This document shows, one piece after another, positions 11,967 to 23,891 of a stretch of DNA of 64,000 nucleotides. The number at the start of each line of letters is the position of its first letter. The stretch's first letter is position 1. The notes beneath the pieces were generated by a model, which was not told the DNA's origin, made no database searches, and saw only the letters and a list, made by a program, of their open reading frames with translations. Source of the stretch: Paramoeba atlantica. Its lineage: Eukaryota > Protista > Discosea. The DNA lies in contig CDRNVI010000087.1 of assembly GCA_977017575.1 (NCBI GenBank), forward strand, positions 186,001 to 250,000, written 5' to 3'. The position numbers and the translations under genes are program-made.

Positions 11967-13117
11967 ACACCGTCAGAAGCGCAACAAAAGTTAAGAAAGT
12001 CCAAAACTGAAGTGTAACGCTAAGTTAGGAATATTCTCGTTCCGCCACAAAGATAAAACTACGTTAAAGCAATGTAAGCTTTGCATTAGTAAACAGAATT
12101 GTGTATAAAGTTTAATTACTACGAACGACTTAATGTACAGGGGGGGTATAGTAAAGTGTACCCTGTATATTAAGGGGGGGGGTATATTGGCTCACCGTTT
12201 ATACCGGGTGGGGGGTATAATGCGGGGGGGTGGGGGGTATATTTCTTCAAAATTTGCACCCCCCTATTTAATTGTCCTTTTCCCGAAAAGCGGTGACAAT
12301 TAAGTAGGGGGAGGGACAGTGCGTAAATTCTTATGTAAACAAAACTCTATGCTCAACTAAAGGGGATTCAAAATGCTTAAAAAACAGATTTTTTTTCTTC
12401 CGCAAGTACCAAAAAAATTAATCTTTCAAACTCAAAAAAATAATTTTTTGACTACTCCCCCTTTCATTTTTACTCCCCCTTTTCATAATTCTTTATAAAC
12501 CCTGTTCCGGGTTATTGTGCCCCCCCTGCACAATAACTGGCTCTAGGCACATTCTTTTTTAGGCTCTTCGTTAAACGCGGTGGTTGTTTTCAACTTAGAA
12601 GTCACACATGCTGCGCTCTTCGCATTGAAAACTACCACCGCGTTTAACGAAGAGCCAAAAAAGGAAAATTGGCCTGGAAAGCTGAAGAAAACGGAAAGAT
12701 TATAGCCGAAAATAGCCGAATTTCGGGTAAAAATGGGGTCATTTTTGGGTATTTTTGCTCTCAAGACACTAAATCCGACATTTGCGAGTGGGAAATCACT
12801 CGTAGGTATGAATGAAAGCCTACCGCACGTATTGGGTATAGAATGCGACTCCAACCACACCATTCTATCGGCACAAAAAGGCCCCTTCGGGTCCGAAAAA
12901 TACTTTTTCACCATTTTTTAGTCAAAAATGGGTCATTTTGAGGGACGCACCACGGTTCGAAGAAGGGATACCTTGTGAAAACAACGGCCGAGAAACCTAG
13001 TATAGGTCCCAAACTATCAAAATACAATAGGGGAAACGATTTTGGAAAAATATTTTTTTTGCCATTTTTTTCGCCAAGTTGAAATTTTTTTAAAAACTTT
13101 TTTATCCGAAAAAATTC

Positions 13118-16100
13118 GAACTTGGCGGACCCGTCCTGCGGATACGCAGGGGGGCCAACCCCGGGTAGGCGGGTGGAAAATGCGCGTCAAGACCCCGGCT
13201 ACTCCTTCTGCGGTTTTTTTTCGAAAACTAATTTTTTCAAAAAAATTTGCTCGACCATGACCCCCCGGGACCCCCCCCCCCCATGGACCCCCCGGCGCCC
13301 GCAGATTGATAATGCATACTAAGCGGCACATTGATAATGCATATAGCACATTGATATTGCATATAGCACATTGATAATGCATATAGCACATTGACCTTCA
13401 GAATTTTATTTGACCTCCAGAGTTTCCCAACGTAAAACCAAACGCCTAGACACCGAGGCCCGGGAAACTATCGCAGTGCTCTATAATCAACAAGGCTTCT
13501 CGCAAGAAGAAATAGCAGAAAAACTGGGAGAAAGCCAGGCTACTGTGAGCCGGGAGCTCAAGCGAGGCGCACGTCTCGGCGAGTACAGTGCAAAGCGTGC
13601 GCAAGGGACGAGTGAAAAAGCCATGACAAAACGCAAGGGGAAGAAGCTTAAGATTTCCGGTTCAATGCGACATAAAGTTCTCTGAACTTTAAAATCTGAA
13701 CTTGGCGGACCCGTCCTGCGGATACGCGGGGGGGTCACCCCCGGGTAGGCGGGTGGAAAATGCGCGCCAAGACCCCGGCTACTCCTTCTGCGTTTTGTTT
13801 TCGAAAACTAATTTTTTCAAAAAAATTTGCTCGACCATGACCCCCCGGGACCCCCCCCCCATGGACCCCCCGGCGCCCGCAGATTGATAATGCATACTAA
13901 GCGGCACATTGATAATGCATATAGCACATTGACCTTCAGAATTTTATTTGACCTCCAGAGTTTCCCAACGTAAAACCAAACGCCTAGACACCGAGGCCCG
14001 GGAAACTATCGCAGTGCTCTATAATCAACAAGGCTTCTCGCAAGAAGAAATAGCAGAAAAACTGGGAGAAAGCCAGGCTACTGTGAGCCGGGAGCTCAAG
14101 CGAGGCGCACGTCTCGGCGAGTACAGTGCAAAGCGTGCGCAAGGGACGAGTTAAAAAGCCATGACAAAACGCAAGGGGAAGAAGCTTAAGATTTCCGGTT
14201 CAATGCGACATAAAGTTCTCTGAACTTTAAAATCTGAACTTGGCGGACCCGTCCTGCGGATACGCGGGGGGGTCACCCCCGGGTAGGCGGGTGGAAAATG
14301 CGCGCCAAGACCCCGGCTACTCCTTCTGCGTTTTGTTTTCGAAAACTAATTTTTTCAAAAAAATTTGCTCGACCATGACCCCCCGGGACCCCCCCCCCCC
14401 ATGGACCCCCCGGCGCCCGCAGATTGATAATGCATACTAAGCGGCACATTGATAATGCATATAGCACATTGATATTGCATATAGCACATTGATAATGCAT
14501 ATAGCACATTGACCTTCAGAATTTTATTTGACCTCCAGAGTTTCCCAACGTAAAACCAAACGCCTAGACACCGAGGCCCGGGAAACTATCGCAGTGCTCT
14601 ATAATCAACAAGGCTTCTCGCAAGAAGAAATAGCAGAAAAACTGGGAGAAAGCCAGGCTACTGTGAGCCGGGAGCTCAAGCGAGGCGCACGTCTCGGCGA
14701 GTACAGTACAAAGCGTGCGCAAGGGACGAGTGAAAAAGCCATGACAAAACGCAAGGGGAAGAAGCTTAAGATTTCCGGTTCAATGCGACATAAAGTTCTC
14801 TGAACTTTAAAATCTGAACTTGGCGGACCCGTCCTGCGGATACGCGGGGGGGTCACCCCCGGGTAGGTGGGTGGAAAATGCGCGCCAAGACCCCGGCTAC
14901 TCCTTCTGCGTTTTGTTTTCGAAAACTAATTTTTTCAAAAAAATTTGCTCGACCATGACCCCCCTGGACCCCCCCCCCCATAGACCCCCCGGCGCCCGCA
15001 GATTGATAATGCATATAGCACATTGATATTGCATATAGCACATTGATAATGCATATAGCACCTCGACCTTCAGAATTTTATTTGACCTCCAGAATGTCAG
15101 TTTCCCAACGTAAAACCAAACGCCTAGACACCGAGGCCCGGGAAACTATCGCAGTGCTCTATAATCAACAAGGCTTCTCGCAAGAAGAAATAGCAGAAAA
15201 ACTGGGAGAAAGCCAGGCTACTGTGAGCCGGGAGCTCAAGCGAGGCGCACGTCTCGGCGAGTACAGTGCAAAGCGTGCGCAAGGGACGAGTTAAAAAGCC
15301 ATGACAAAACGCAAGGGGAAGAAGCTTAAGATTTCCGGTTCAATGCGACATAAAGTTCTCTGAACTTTAAAATCTGAACTTGGCGGACCCGTCCTGCGGA
15401 TACGCGGGGGGGTCACCCCCGGGTAGGCGGGTGGAAAATGCGCGCCAAGACCCCGGCTACTCCTTCTGCGGTTTTTTTTCGAAAACTAATTTTTTCAAAA
15501 AAATTTGCTCGACCATGACCCCCCGGGACCCCCCCCCCCCCCATGGACCCCCCGGCGCCCGCAGATTGATAATGCATACTAAGCGGCACATTGATAATGC
15601 ATATAGCACATTGATATTGCATATAGCACATTGATAATGCATATAGCACATTGACCTTCAGAATTTTATTTGACCTCCAGAGTTTCCCAACGTAAAACCA
15701 AACGCCTAGACACCGAGGCCCGGGAAACTATCGCAGTGCTCTATAATCAACAAGGCTTCTCGCAAGAAGAAATAGCAGAAAAACTGGGAGAAAGCCAGGC
15801 TACTGTGAGCCGGGAGCTCAAGCGAGGCGCACGTCTCGGCGAGTACAGTACAAAGCGTGCGCAAGGGACGAGTGAAAAAGCCATGACAAAACGCAAGGGG
15901 AAGAAGCTTAAGATTTCCGGTTCAATGCGACATAAAGTTCTCTGAACTTTAAAATCTGAACTTGGCGGACCCGTCCTGCGGATACGCGGGGGGGTCACCC
16001 CCGGGTAGGTGGGTGGAAAATGCGCGCCAAGACCCCGGCTACTCCTTCTGCGGTTTTTTTTCGAAAACTAATTTTTTCAAAAAAATTTGCTCGACCATGA

Positions 16101-18240
16101 CCCCCCTGGACCCCCCCCCAATAGACCCCCCGGCGCCCGCAGATTGATAATGCATATAGCACATTGATATTGCATATAGCACATTGATAATGCATATAGC
16201 ACCTCGACCTTCAGAATTTTATTTGACCTCCAGAATGTCAGTTTCCCAACGTAAAACCAAACGCCTAGACACCGAGGCCCGGGAAACTATCGCAGTGCTC
16301 TATAATCAACAAGGCTTCTCGCAAGAAGAAATAGCAGAAAAACTGGGAGAAAGCCAGGCTACTGTGAGCCGGGAGCTCAAGCGAGGCGCACGTCTCGGCG
16401 AGTACAGTGCAAAGCGTGCGCAAGGGACGAGTGAAAAAGCCATGACAAAACGCAAGGGGAAGAAGCTTAAGATTTCCGGTTCAATGCGACATAAAGTTCT
16501 CTGAACTTTAAAATCTGAACTTGGCGGACCCGTCCTGCGGATACGCGGGGGGGTCACCCCCGGGTAGGCGGGTGGAAAATGCGCGCCAAGACCCCGGCTA
16601 CTCCTTCTGCGGTTTTTTTTCGAAAACTAATTTTTTCAAAAAAATTTGCTCGACCATGACCCCCCGGGACCCCCCCCCCCCATGGACCCCCCGGCGCCCG
16701 CAGATTGATAATGCATACTAAGCGGCACATTGATAATGCATATAGCACATTGATATTGCATATAGCACATTGATAATGCATATAGCACATTGACCTTCAG
16801 AATTTTATTTGACCTCCAGAGTTTCCCAACGTAAAACCAAACGCCTAGACACCGAGGCCCGGGAAACTATCGCAGTGCTCTATAATCAACAAGGCTTCTC
16901 GCAAGAAGAAATAGCAGAAAAACTGGGAGAAAGCCAGGCTACTGTGAGCCGGGAGCTCAAGCGAGGCGCACGTCTCGGCGAGTACAGTACAAAGCGTGCG
17001 CAAGGGACGAGTGAAAAAGCCATGACAAAACGCAAGGGGAAGAAGCTTAAGATTTCCGGTTCAATGCGACATAAAGTTCTCTGAACTTTAAAATCTGAAC
17101 TTGGCGGACCCGTCCTGCGGATACGCGGGGGGGTCACCCCCGGGTAGGTGGGTGGAAAATGCGCGCCAAGACCCCGGCTACTCCTTCTGCGGTTTTTTTT
17201 CGAAAACTAATTTTTTCAAAAAAATTTGCTCGACCATGACCCCCCTGGACCCCCCCCCAATAGACCCCCCGGCGCCCGCAGATTGATAATGCATATAGCA
17301 CATTGATATTGCATATAGCACATTGATAATGCATATAGCACCTCGACCTTCAGAATTTTATTTGACCTCCAGAATGTCAGTTTCCCAACGTAAAACCAAA
17401 CGCCTAGACACCGAGGCCCGGGAAACTATCGCAGTGCTCTATAATCAACAAGGCTTCTCGCAAGAAGAAATAGCAGAAAAACTGGGAGAAAGCCAGGCTA
17501 CTGTGAGCCGGGAGCTCAAGCGAGGCGCACGTCTCGGCGAGTACAGTGCAAAGCGTGCGCAAGGGACGAGTGAAAAAGCCATGACAAAACGCAAGGGGAA
17601 GAAGCTTAAGATTTCCGGTTCAATGCGACATAAAGTTCTCTGAACTTTAAAATCTGAACTTGGCGGACCCGTCCTGCGGATACGCGGGGGGGTCACCCCC
17701 GGGTAGGCGGGTGGAAAATGCGCGCCAAGACCCCGGCTACTCCTTCTGCGGTTTTTTTTCGAAAACTAATTTTTTCAAAAAAATTTGCTCGACCATGACC
17801 CCCCGGGACCCCCCCCCCCATGGACCCCCCGGCGCCCGCAGATTGATAATGCATACTAAGCGGCACATTGATAATGCATATAGCACATTGATATTGCATA
17901 TAGCATATTGATAATGCATATAGCACATTGACCTTAAGAATTTTATTTGACCTCCAGAATGTCAGTTTCCCAACGTAAAACCAAACGCCTAGACACCGAG
18001 GCCCGGGAAACTATCGCAGTGCTCTATAATCAACAAGGCTTCTCGCAAGAAGAAATAGCAGAAAAACTGGGAGAAAGCCAGGCTACTGTGAGCCGGGAGC
18101 TCAAGCGAGGCGCACGTCTCGGCGGGTACAGTACAAAGCGTGCGCAAGGGACGAGTGAAAAAGCCATGACAAAACGCAAGGGGAAGAAGCTTAAGATTTC
18201 CGGTTCAATGCGACATAAAGTTCTCTGAACTTTAAAATCT
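13118..18240 (+). repeat. Tandem array of 9 units of 538-585 bp (element core + gcatatagcacattgataat microrepeat + IS30-type HTH fragment), with a ~1140-bp dimeric higher-order repeat
   Basis: Unit starts (gaacttggcgg) at 13118, 13698, 14236, 14816, 15376, 15958, 16517, 17097, 17656 and 18241. Confidence 0.95.
16235..16504 (+). CDS. 89-aa IS30-family transposase N-terminal HTH fragment (ATG-bearing copy; others at 17374-17643 and 17959-18228)
   Basis: GFSQEEIAEKLGESQATVSRELKRG...GEYSAKRAQ matches the IS30 HTH_38 pattern (SxREIAxxLGRSxSTISRELKRN...YxAxxAQ). No DDE domain. Confidence 0.7.
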   Translation: MSVSQRKTKRLDTEARETIAVLYNQQGFSQEEIAEKLGESQATVSRELKRGARLGEYSAKRAQGTSEKAMTKRKGKKLKISGSMRHKVL

Positions 18241-18846
18241 GAACTTGGCGGACCCGTCCTGCGGATACGCGGGGGGGTCACCCCCGGGTAGGCGGGTGGA
18301 AAATGCGCGTCAAGACCCCGGCTACCCCTTCTGCGTTTTTTTTTCGAAAACTAATTTTTTCGAAAAAATTTGCTCGACCATGACCCCCCTGGACCCCCCC
18401 CTGGACCCCCTCCTGGACCCCATTTTTTTCAATTTTTTTTTTCAATTTTGGACCACCGGTTGGAGCCCCCTTTTATATTTTTTTCATTTATTATATTACT
18501 GTGTTCCTCTTTATAGTTTCACTGTTTTTGTACCCTTTTTTTTCAATAACCGAGGGTAGAGCAGTAGTTTTACAACCACCGCAATAATCGGGGGTAGAGC
18601 GGTTTTACAACCACCGCAATGTGCTCTAACTGTTGCCTTATCAAATTTTCCGTGCATTCAAAATGTTTTTCTGACATGTTTTTACATATTGCTGCACTTT
18701 TTCGCCGTGATAGTACGCTTGTTAGTGGGGAAGAAGCGCGAGATGATCGGCTGAAGTTCGCCGGAGAAAACCCGGCGATTTAGGCCTTCTTCAAAGGGCA
18801 TATTCAAGCCCTTTTAAATATGGCCGCGCAGTGGGAGCTTTTAAAT

Positions 18847-19130
18847 ATGCGGGACCCGCAGTGGGAGAGAGCGGCCCGTCTCTGGTACCTGGTCTCCCCG
18901 ACCTCGGAGCCTAAGCTCCAGTGCTTGAGTCGTCCCATACGTTGAGGATGGCCGAGGCCAATAAACGGCGCACTCCCGACGAGATGGCGCTCGTTAGGGG
19001 GATGAAATCCAACCCCCCGGCCTTCACCACATAATGTGTGAGATCCTGGGCCCGGAGACCAGGCGGCGGTACAAGACTGGTGCCTCTGCGGTGTACGCGG
19101 GTAGCTCGGCGGCGGGTTTAAGGGGGAAAA
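18847..19130 (+). mobile_element. Internally deleted derivative of the 3' end of the CRE-like element at 53763-58417
   Basis: Three colinear blocks matching ~57733-57807, ~58090-58218 and ~58330-58400. Confidence 0.8.
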
Positions 19131-20066
19131 CATTGAGATATACTTTCAAAAGATCAAAGGATCATTTTTTAGAGAATCTTAGAAGTCACTCATGCTGCGC
19201 GCTTCGCGTTCAAAACTACCACCGCGTTTAACGAAGAGCCTAAAAAAGAAAATTCGGCCTGGACAGCTAAAGTAAAACAAAGATTATAGCCAAAAATAGC
19301 CGATTTTAGGGTAAAAATGGGGTGACCGCAGCCCCTCAAATGGCAAGTCATTAAATGGACAAGTCAGACGTTTTGAAGAAAACTAATAAAAATTGTGAAA
19401 ATTAAAAATTTGTTTTATTTCTCCTACAAGGAAACGGTCTCAGAAACGCGCACACCCAAGGATATCAGGGCGATCACAACACCTTCGAAAATTGGTTTCC
19501 CACTCTGTTTAAAACCTCTTTTACTCATGCGTGCATTAATTTTCTGTTCAGACAACCTCAGCACCACATCCACCACAGTCCTCACCCCGCCCATTCACCC
19601 CTGCCCGTCCAACAACCCCCGCCCGCTCAGTCTCGCCAACCAGCCAGCCTCCCGAGCCAAATCTCTCCTACTGGGGATTGGCTCATAAAGGACCAAATCT
19701 CTCTTACTGGGGGGGCACTTACTGGGGGGTCTACGGCATCTTTGGAAAGCATTCTCATTGATTTTTATAATCATAAATATGAATTTTCTTTTTTGTTACA
19801 CCGCAGACCCCCCCAGTAATAGAATCGATGGGTACAGACCACTTATATTGTACCCACTTTCAAAATAATGATATTAATGCACTTAAATGCTTTCTTGCGC
19901 AGCGTAATTTTACACACTTTACCTCACTTCCTCCTTCCGCTTACTTTACGTCAAAAAATATTGCAGCATGCTTAAAATTGGCCACAGAAAAAATGCTTAA
20001 AATGCACAGATAAAATGGCTATGGGCAGATAAACTGCCAATGGACAGATAAAATACCACAAAAAAA

Positions 20067-20141
20067 GCCTGGCGTCGGTACCATCTGAACTACATGGCAG
20101 TGACGGGGAAGACCGCTAGTGGGTCCCGACCATGCTTCCCC
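20067..20141 (-). ncRNA. Degenerate HDV-like ribozyme copy
   Basis: RC reads GGGGAAG CAU GGUCGG GACC CACUAGC GGUC UUCCCC GU CAC UGCCAUG...GAUGGUA CCGA CG CCAGGC. P1 is intact; L3, P1.1 and P2 are mutated. Confidence 0.6.
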
Positions 20142-20728
20142 ATGTTAGGGCTGTGGAAAATATCGAGAAGACTCCTAGTTTACCTGTCTGGATGTAAGGC
20201 ACAACTTTGAGCGTAGCCCACGTCTGTGAGCAAAGCCCAACTGTGAGCGTAGCCCTGAGACAGAATTATATTTTAGCGCCCCCGCTCGCTGCAGCGAGCG
20301 GGGTCACGTACTGAGAACCAACGTTTTCCCGTTCCGCAGGGAAGGGGTGTACTTGTTTTCCTATGTTGTGTGACCGGGCGTGTGTTTCTGCTCCACCGGC
20401 ATTATTATAATTTCGATTTAAACCACCGTCCAGTTTACCATACCTACTTAACTAAGTAACTTTAGTAATTACCGTCCCCCCTTTTTAGTGTTTAGTAGAA
20501 TTGAGCAAATTTAAACACTAAGTAGGGGGTGGGGCAAGGTACTAAATAGTAAATAGGGGGGGCGGTACTAGTAGGAATTATTTTTTTTCAGTCCTTTTTC
20601 GTCACCCCCCCTTATTATGGGCAAGCCGAAAAAGTGTCCATAATAAAGGGGGAGGTCACTGTATGTAAATCCTCCTGCCCATACAATGTATTAAACGACG
20701 AAATGTCCAATATTTCAGCTACGAAAGG

Positions 20729-21523
20729 ATGACAAAACCACAATTTTTCACAAAAAAATTTTACATTTCCCCTTTTTTCATGTTTCCTTCGTATCTTCCT
20801 ACCCCTCGTGGGTTTCACAGTGTGGACCCAAGCCCCCCAGCCCCATCGAGTGCTCGACCGGCCAAAGTCCGTGGGGTGAGCCTCCCGGAGGAGTACTTGC
20901 TCGTCCATTTCATCTCTAACCTCTCCAATCCGCACGCGAGCTGGAGTACGCACGTCCCTGCGTGCTCGTGGCACGAGGTTCGTTGTGGTTCGGAGAAATT
21001 TGTCGAGGGCGTCCACTGGGGACGACGCCTGTTTCAGGCGGACGCCTTCGCCTCCCCCCTGGAGGGGTCGGTGTGCTGGGAGACACCCTTCCCGCCCCAT
21101 CTTACCCACGTGGAGTTGTTTAACCACCATTTAGAAGGAAAAATCAGTTTTTCGTTTTTTCCTGCAACGCTTACCTACCTTGTGGTGAGTCGAAACCGTT
21201 TGGCGGGAGCAGTCGAACTCGATCACCTCCCTCCTTGCCTTGTGGAGCTGAATTTAGCGAGTAACTTCTTTAGTGGAATGTTGGATCTCACAGGACTCCC
21301 TAGGACGTTAAAGTCGCTGCACCTCGGGCGAAATCGATTTTCCGGACCGGTACAATTGGATGCACTGCCGCCGAACCTTCTTGAGCTGCTGTTGTATGAG
21401 AATCCGATAACCGGGGAGGCTGATTTTTGTAAATTCCCCCCGAGTTTGCAGCGACTGGGTCTTGTGCGCACGCGAATCAAATATTTAAATGAGGACTCCT
21501 CCTATCGTTTCGTGTTGGTGTAA
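20729..21523 (+). CDS. Leucine-rich repeat protein
   Basis: RPAKVRGVSLPEEY...PACSWHEVRC cap plus LRRs. Confidence 0.85.
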   Translation: MTKPQFFTKKFYISPFFMFPSYLPTPRGFHSVDPSPPAPSSARPAKVRGVSLPEEYLLVHFISNLSNPHASWSTHVPACSWHEVRCGSEKFVEGVHWGRRLFQADAFASPLEGSVCWETPFPPHLTHVELFNHHLEGKISFSFFPATLTYLVVSRNRLAGAVELDHLPPCLVELNLASNFFSGMLDLTGLPRTLKSLHLGRNRFSGPVQLDALPPNLLELLLYENPITGEADFCKFPPSLQRLGLVRTRIKYLNEDSSYRFVLV

Positions 21524-21762
21524 TAGGAAGAGAAAAATGTATGGGCGCCCGACATATTGTACAAAAAAAAGTGTGCGCATTTTTTTGAGTATAAAAAGAA
21601 TGAGTACATGTTTTGTTCATTTTTTTTTCAATTCTGATTTAGACCGCAGTTGGATGGATTACGAGAAATAACCATTTTTTGACTATGTTCCACTGCGTTC
21701 ATCCCGAAACAGTTTATCTCATATCATTGTTTTAACGTGCGACAATGTCTTAGTAAATAGAG

Positions 21763-23454
21763 ATGATTTATATTTATCCTATGAATCTCAAAACCGAAAC
21801 GCATGATGAACAATCACCCCCTATAAAACGTAGGAAATTACATCAAGACATTGCGAGTAACAGTAAACCTTTTGATCATTCGAGTCGTCCTGGCAAAATA
21901 CGTGGGACAGTTCTACCACAAGAATATGAGCTGGAACGACTTGTGTCGGACGTACTGTACCCTGAACCATCCTGGAACATATCCACACCTGCGTGCAATT
22001 GGGCAAGAGTATTTTGTAACGAACAAGGAGAGGTGACAGAAATTATGTGGTACACTGACTCAGACTTCGCCATCGGGCGATATTCTGGAACATTGCATTT
22101 GGCTCATCTTCCCAGAACCCTTTTGCGAGTATCCGTGTCAGCCAACGACTTTTCTGGATCCGATTGTCTAGACAATTTGCCGCCAAATCTGACCTACCTT
22201 GATCTCAGTTTCAACGAGTTTACTGGTACATTAAACCTTTCTTTGTTTCCGCCAACGTTGCGACTAATTGATTTGCAACATAACTTCTTTGAAGGTGGCA
22301 TAGATTTCGGTAGCCTCCCGGCGGATTTAAAGGTATTGCAAGTGAGTAGAAATTGGTTTTTTTCAGGCACCAGCCAATCTGACCAGGGCATGAATCTTGG
22401 TGCACTTCCGATTCACATGGAAGTTTTTAGTGTTACACAAAACAAATTTTCAGGAAAGTTATACCTCAATAATTTGCCGAACTCGCTTATGCGCCTCCAT
22501 GTTGGGCGGAACGAACTGACGGGGACGCTTGATTTGCAAGGTCTGCCATCATCACTTGCGTTCATAGATCTATCACATAACCAATTTTATGGTTCGCTCC
22601 AGTTTGATTCCCTTCCAAGTAACCTTACCTCATTTCTCGCGTCGGCCAACAACTTTACGAGCGTGTCGAGTCTAGACAAGCTACCGAACGGAGTGGCCGA
22701 GTTGAATCTCTCCGCAAATGAGTTGACCGGAACGTTAGACTTACGACACTTACCCGACAATCTTAGGGACCTTAATCTTTGGTGTAACAGGTTCACAGGA
22801 GAGATCGATCTTCGATTCCTACCTACTTTGCTTAATCGCCTCCTTTTAGACCGCAACAAGCTATACGGGTCATTGGATCTCAGTGCATTGCCCGAAAGAT
22901 TGAATCTGCTGGACATCAGCAATAATAAGTTTGTGGGCCCTTTTAATTTAGGCGCATTTCCACCCTCACTCGAGATTATACGAATCGCACGCAATCATTT
23001 TGTGGGTAAGCTTCAACTCAGCAATTTGCCCAAATTTTGCCTTGAATTTATCGCTAGCCATAACAGGTTTTCAGGTGCGCTCGATTTGCGAAATATGCCG
23101 GGAGAGCTCGAAACCCTAAAACTTGATCACAATCGTTTCGGCGGCGTCCCCGATCTTACCTCTCTCCCTGGAGGTCTTGAAACCCTTTTACTCGACCATA
23201 ACGGTTTGGAGGGAAAGATCGTACTACGAGATTCGCTCCCCGATCGGATATCGACCTTAACGCTAAACGTTAACCCCAAGCTCCGTGTAGCCCTCAAGTG
23301 CGTATCCACCCATGGCTGTGTAAATATTAAGTTTGACGCCAATCCTATGGGGGTTGTCAAGGATCAGGGAAAAGACGAAGAAGAAGATGGTGAGGACGCG
23401 AGCCGTAAGCCGAGCGCTGCGACCTGCACGCTTACGCTTACTGCCTACGAATAG
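21763..23454 (+). CDS. Long leucine-rich repeat protein (563 aa, ~18 repeats of ~22 aa) with an NLS-like PPIKRRKL
   Basis: Same family cap followed by many LxxLPxxLxxLxLxxNxFxG repeats. Confidence 0.9.
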   Translation: MIYIYPMNLKTETHDEQSPPIKRRKLHQDIASNSKPFDHSSRPGKIRGTVLPQEYELERLVSDVLYPEPSWNISTPACNWARVFCNEQGEVTEIMWYTDSDFAIGRYSGTLHLAHLPRTLLRVSVSANDFSGSDCLDNLPPNLTYLDLSFNEFTGTLNLSLFPPTLRLIDLQHNFFEGGIDFGSLPADLKVLQVSRNWFFSGTSQSDQGMNLGALPIHMEVFSVTQNKFSGKLYLNNLPNSLMRLHVGRNELTGTLDLQGLPSSLAFIDLSHNQFYGSLQFDSLPSNLTSFLASANNFTSVSSLDKLPNGVAELNLSANELTGTLDLRHLPDNLRDLNLWCNRFTGEIDLRFLPTLLNRLLLDRNKLYGSLDLSALPERLNLLDISNNKFVGPFNLGAFPPSLEIIRIARNHFVGKLQLSNLPKFCLEFIASHNRFSGALDLRNMPGELETLKLDHNRFGGVPDLTSLPGGLETLLLDHNGLEGKIVLRDSLPDRISTLTLNVNPKLRVALKCVSTHGCVNIKFDANPMGVVKDQGKDEEEDGEDASRKPSAATCTLTLTAYE

Positions 23455-23891
23455 AAAAATGCGAGGGGAGGTGTGTTTGGACAAAAACATACCTTAGTAC
23501 GAATCGTTTTTTGATCTTGTGAATAAAGATTTATTTGCCTAATGGTCGCAAATCGTGGTACGAACTAATGAGAAATCAGCATGTTTTTATTATTACAGAA
23601 GTAACTGCAACCGTAACTCTTTGTACATAACCCTTGTATATACAGAAACAACCCTTTGTACATACTGAACCCTTTGTTTATAGAGAAACAACATTTGTAC
23701 ATGTAGAACCCTTTGTATATACAGAAACAACCCTTTTAATCAATCTTACCGCAATAGGTGAAACATTGTGATTCATGAACCGGGGTGTACCCTTTTTAAC
23801 TCCACAGACACATTTCCATAACGACCACCTTTATCTCCCCTATGCTTTAGACCTTTTATAATTTATCTTCGTCTCTTCTTACCCATTTCTC

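Larger units (their letters stand above)
12551..18619 (+). mobile_element. Hairpin-ended non-autonomous element expanded to ~6 kb by an internal tandem array; 3' terminus duplicated (ends at 18584 and 18619)
   Basis: 5' hairpin at 12561-12658, family body to 13323, then the array, then the family 3' part 18241-18584 ending acaaccaccgcaa. Confidence 0.8.

Noticed and set aside
13118-18240. CRISPR-like array
   Set aside because: Units are 540-585 bp and near-identical throughout. There are no unique spacers and no cas genes.
23625-23740. Reverse-strand SL-like motif (tacagaaac)
   Set aside because: A degenerate ~40-bp tandem repeat; the match is too short and not in SL context.
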